Assembly (NCBI GenBank): GCA_965153355.1 | Contig: OZ231126.1 | Span: 17,360,001 to 17,424,000 of the forward strand | Direction of reading: 5' to 3' | Length of the DNA: 64,000 nt | Origin: Flaccisagitta enflata | Lineage: Eukaryota | Shown: one piece after another, positions 61,407-64,000 of the stretch | How positions within the stretch are numbered: the stretch's first letter is position 1 | Layout: every line of letters begins with the position of its first letter | Translations under genes and position numbers: made by a program | Notes under the pieces: model-generated | Told to the model about the DNA's origin: nothing | Database searches by the model: none | The model's input: the letters and a program-made list of their open reading frames with translations, nothing else

Positions 61407-61745
61407 TACGTAAAATGGCTTCCCGACCATAGTACTTCTGATCAACTGCCAATACAATTTTCCCAAACTTGATGAGCTAGATAATCAGTATTTGCAGACT
61501 TCTACTACTGATTCAATGAGTGTGTCAGTCCTGTATTCAAGCTTCAATGAAATTACAATATGAACGCTATTGTTTTGTTTTTTTTTAGCAACATGTTATT
61601 TCTGTGCGTGAACGTCACATTCTACTTTGTTTTGGTTTTGTAATAAAACATTTCAATTGTACCATACTCCTAGCTTATTGCTCCAATGCTCCATATACTT
61701 CATCGTCCACAACGACGACGTCAACAACAACAACAACAACAACAT

Positions 61746-61818
<73 letters not shown>

Positions 61819-63034
61819 AACAACAACAACAATAACAACACTACTTAAGCCATAAAAAACGCAATTTTCTTAGGCGACTTGAATTTTTGATAACTTAGTA
61901 CTTCAAATCTTTGGAAATCTTTGGAATATTTGGAATCTATGACCCCCTGAGTTTAAGTAGGTGCCCGAGCCATATTTGAGCAAGAATGAAAACGGTTTTG
62001 CCAACATGCTTACTCAAAGCGGGATACCAAATTGAAGCGTTTTTATCAATCAATTGTAAGGTTTTCCCTTACCAAGGAGGTAGTTAATGATACCTGGACC
62101 TTAATTCTTTAACAGATGTACCTTTTGTTATTACTATGGGAAATCATGGAGAGGAAAAATGGCATAGAAGATTGATTTTTTTTTGCAGAAACCAATTTAA
62201 AGATAGCAAAACTCAAAATGGGCAAATTTTGTGAGAGTTTTAGAATGGAAATTTTTCAAACATTGGCTAATATCTTTAAAACGGCTAATCATAGCCTCTC
62301 TGGACCAAATTCTTTTAACTCTTCACACAAAAATACTTCAGAGACCAGCACTCCTTGACCAGTAATGTACCTTTATACCTGTGCATGAAGATTGCGTTTT
62401 TATGGCCAAAGTAGTAGCAACAACAACAGATCTCTAAATACACGTTATCAAATTGTAAAACTATCAAACTGCAGTCATCTGACAGTTTCCTTATCCGTCT
62501 CTTACATGGTGAATATCCCCTACACAGAGACAAGATTTCTAATCTCAACTTTTAATGAACATTGATGGGTGCAGAAAAACAAACAGTTGTTTTTAAATAA
62601 GTCCAAAATAAAGTCATTTGATCGACCACGTTTTTCTACTGAAAAAGTTCCAGTACAACAAAAAAAAATCAGAACTGACGATATGTAAAAAAGGACATGC
62701 AAAAAAGGGTTAATCAAAAAGCAAAGTATGGCCCAAAATATGGAAAAGGAGGGGGACAAGGAGAAGGTGGGTGGGAGAAAAGAAATCTGGAAAACTTGAT
62801 GAAAATAGAAAATGCTAACTTATTCAAGTAAATGAAAACCATCTTTCATTCGGTATGAAAAACAACTTATCGTCTTTCGTCTATAAATCACAGAGAAACA
62901 ATATATAATAGGAATATTATTATCATCATTATGCGATTGAAATGATTTCTCGAATAAACGGAAGCAGGTATGTTCCTGTTAAAGTCACGCCTAAAAAGAC
63001 ACATTCACACACATTCACACACACTCCCCCCCAC

Positions 63035-63089
<55 letters not shown>

Positions 63090-63201
63090 ACATCTGTATG
63101 AGTTTTGATATTATTTGTTATGCAAATGGTTTCATGTACGCAAATGCAAGGGCAAAATGGATCAAATGAAAAACCAGCTCAATATTGTACAGACAGAACT
63201 T

Positions 63202-64000
63202 TTACAGATGCACGGATTCGGACAAACGAATTGGAGCGTGTGTTGAGGAAGAATCGAGAAGCGTGGAAGAGGAGGAAGAGGAAGAGGTGTAGTTGGTGGT
63301 GGTGACTGAGGAGGATGAGTTGGTATTATGAACGGGTTTGAATGCGGTTTGTCGGTTAGATTGATGATTATGAAGATTGTTAATGTTATGATGAGGAAGA
63401 TTATGATTTGCATTATTGAGTTGAATCGACGATTGAGGAGAGTTTTTCATCGACGGTGAGTTTGAATTTTTCGCATCCTCAATGCGCGGGTGAGATGGAG
63501 AAGCATTTGAAGGATGAGGAGGAGGCACTTTGTCCGACGGACTTTGCGGCACCTGCATCCAATTGTCTTCATTACGCTGCGGAGATGGTTGCTTCGACAA
63601 CGGCGAAGACGACGACGATGATTGATGCTGTTGTTTTAGATGTTGTAGTTGTTGTTGTTGTTGTTGTTGCTGATGTGCGTCTCGCTTGTCTCCGTTGTTC
63701 TTTTGTTCATTCTTATCCCCACCACCACCGCCCTCTACAGCGTTATTCGCGTTTCCGTTCTCCCCGTTCGTCTGTCGATCCAACTCCATGGTCAATTGGA
63801 AAATGGTTTGTTCGAGATGCTGACATCGATGGCACATGGCTAAGTAATTCTCTTGCAGTTTGCACTGATAATTCAACACTTTGGACTTTTCCGCGAGCCA
63901 TCGGCCTCGCTCGGATTCAAAGCCTTTTTGTTGATCGTGGAGTTTGTTGTGCATTTCCCTCAATTCTCTCTTTAACGCGTTGACGTGTTCTTCCTTTAAC
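63202..64000 (-). CDS. 3' part of an LZTS/Fez1-family coiled-coil protein (leucine zipper putative tumour suppressor homolog); partial
   Basis: FESERGRWLAEKSKVLNYQCKLQENYLAMCHRCQHLE matches the remembered LZTS C-terminal pattern F..ER..W..EK.KV..YQ..LQ..Y..M..R...LE. The frame stays open to the window edge and is followed by a Q/S/P/N-rich tail. Confidence 0.8.
   Translation of the reverse strand, partial: LKEEHVNALKRELREMHNKLHDQQKGFESERGRWLAEKSKVLNYQCKLQENYLAMCHRCQHLEQTIFQLTMELDRQTNGENGNANNAVEGGGGGDKNEQKNNGDKRDAHQQQQQQQQLQHLKQQHQSSSSSSPLSKQPSPQRNEDNWMQVPQSPSDKVPPPHPSNASPSHPRIEDAKNSNSPSMKNSPQSSIQLNNANHNLPHHNINNLHNHQSNRQTAFKPVHNTNSSSSVTTTNYTSSSSSSSTLLDSSSTHAPIRLSESVHL

Overview
AT-rich animal (eukaryotic) genomic DNA crowded with microsatellites and non-autonomous DNA transposons; most short ORFs in the track are microsatellite artefacts. 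I cannot identify the species. Genes built by hand from GT-AG sites with consistent phases: (1) a 5-exon type II transmembrane C-type lectin (-, 34806-26126); (2) a divergent 7TM receptor-like gene split by a ~0.9 kb inverted-repeat element (+, 41453-43425); (3) a 10-exon, 427-aa Cys-less ('Pro-loop') pentameric ligand-gated ion channel subunit with an ELIC-like M2 (+, 47264-60562); (4) nested on the same strand in that channel's 7.3 kb intron 7, an intronless ~1500-codon receptor-like gene (signal peptide, two duplicated Cys-rich Ig-like modules, ten 52-aa mucin repeats, TM, ITAM-like tail) broken by one -1 frameshift and one in-frame TAG; (5) the 3' end of an LZTS/Fez1-family gene (-, 63202 to window edge). 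Mobile DNA includes hAT-like (8-bp TSD), Transib-like (5-bp TSD), CAC..GTG/4-bp TSD, TTAA and TA foldback elements, and abundant Helentron/DINE-1-like elements with covarying hairpins, often nested. All family assignments come from motif recognition, not database searches.
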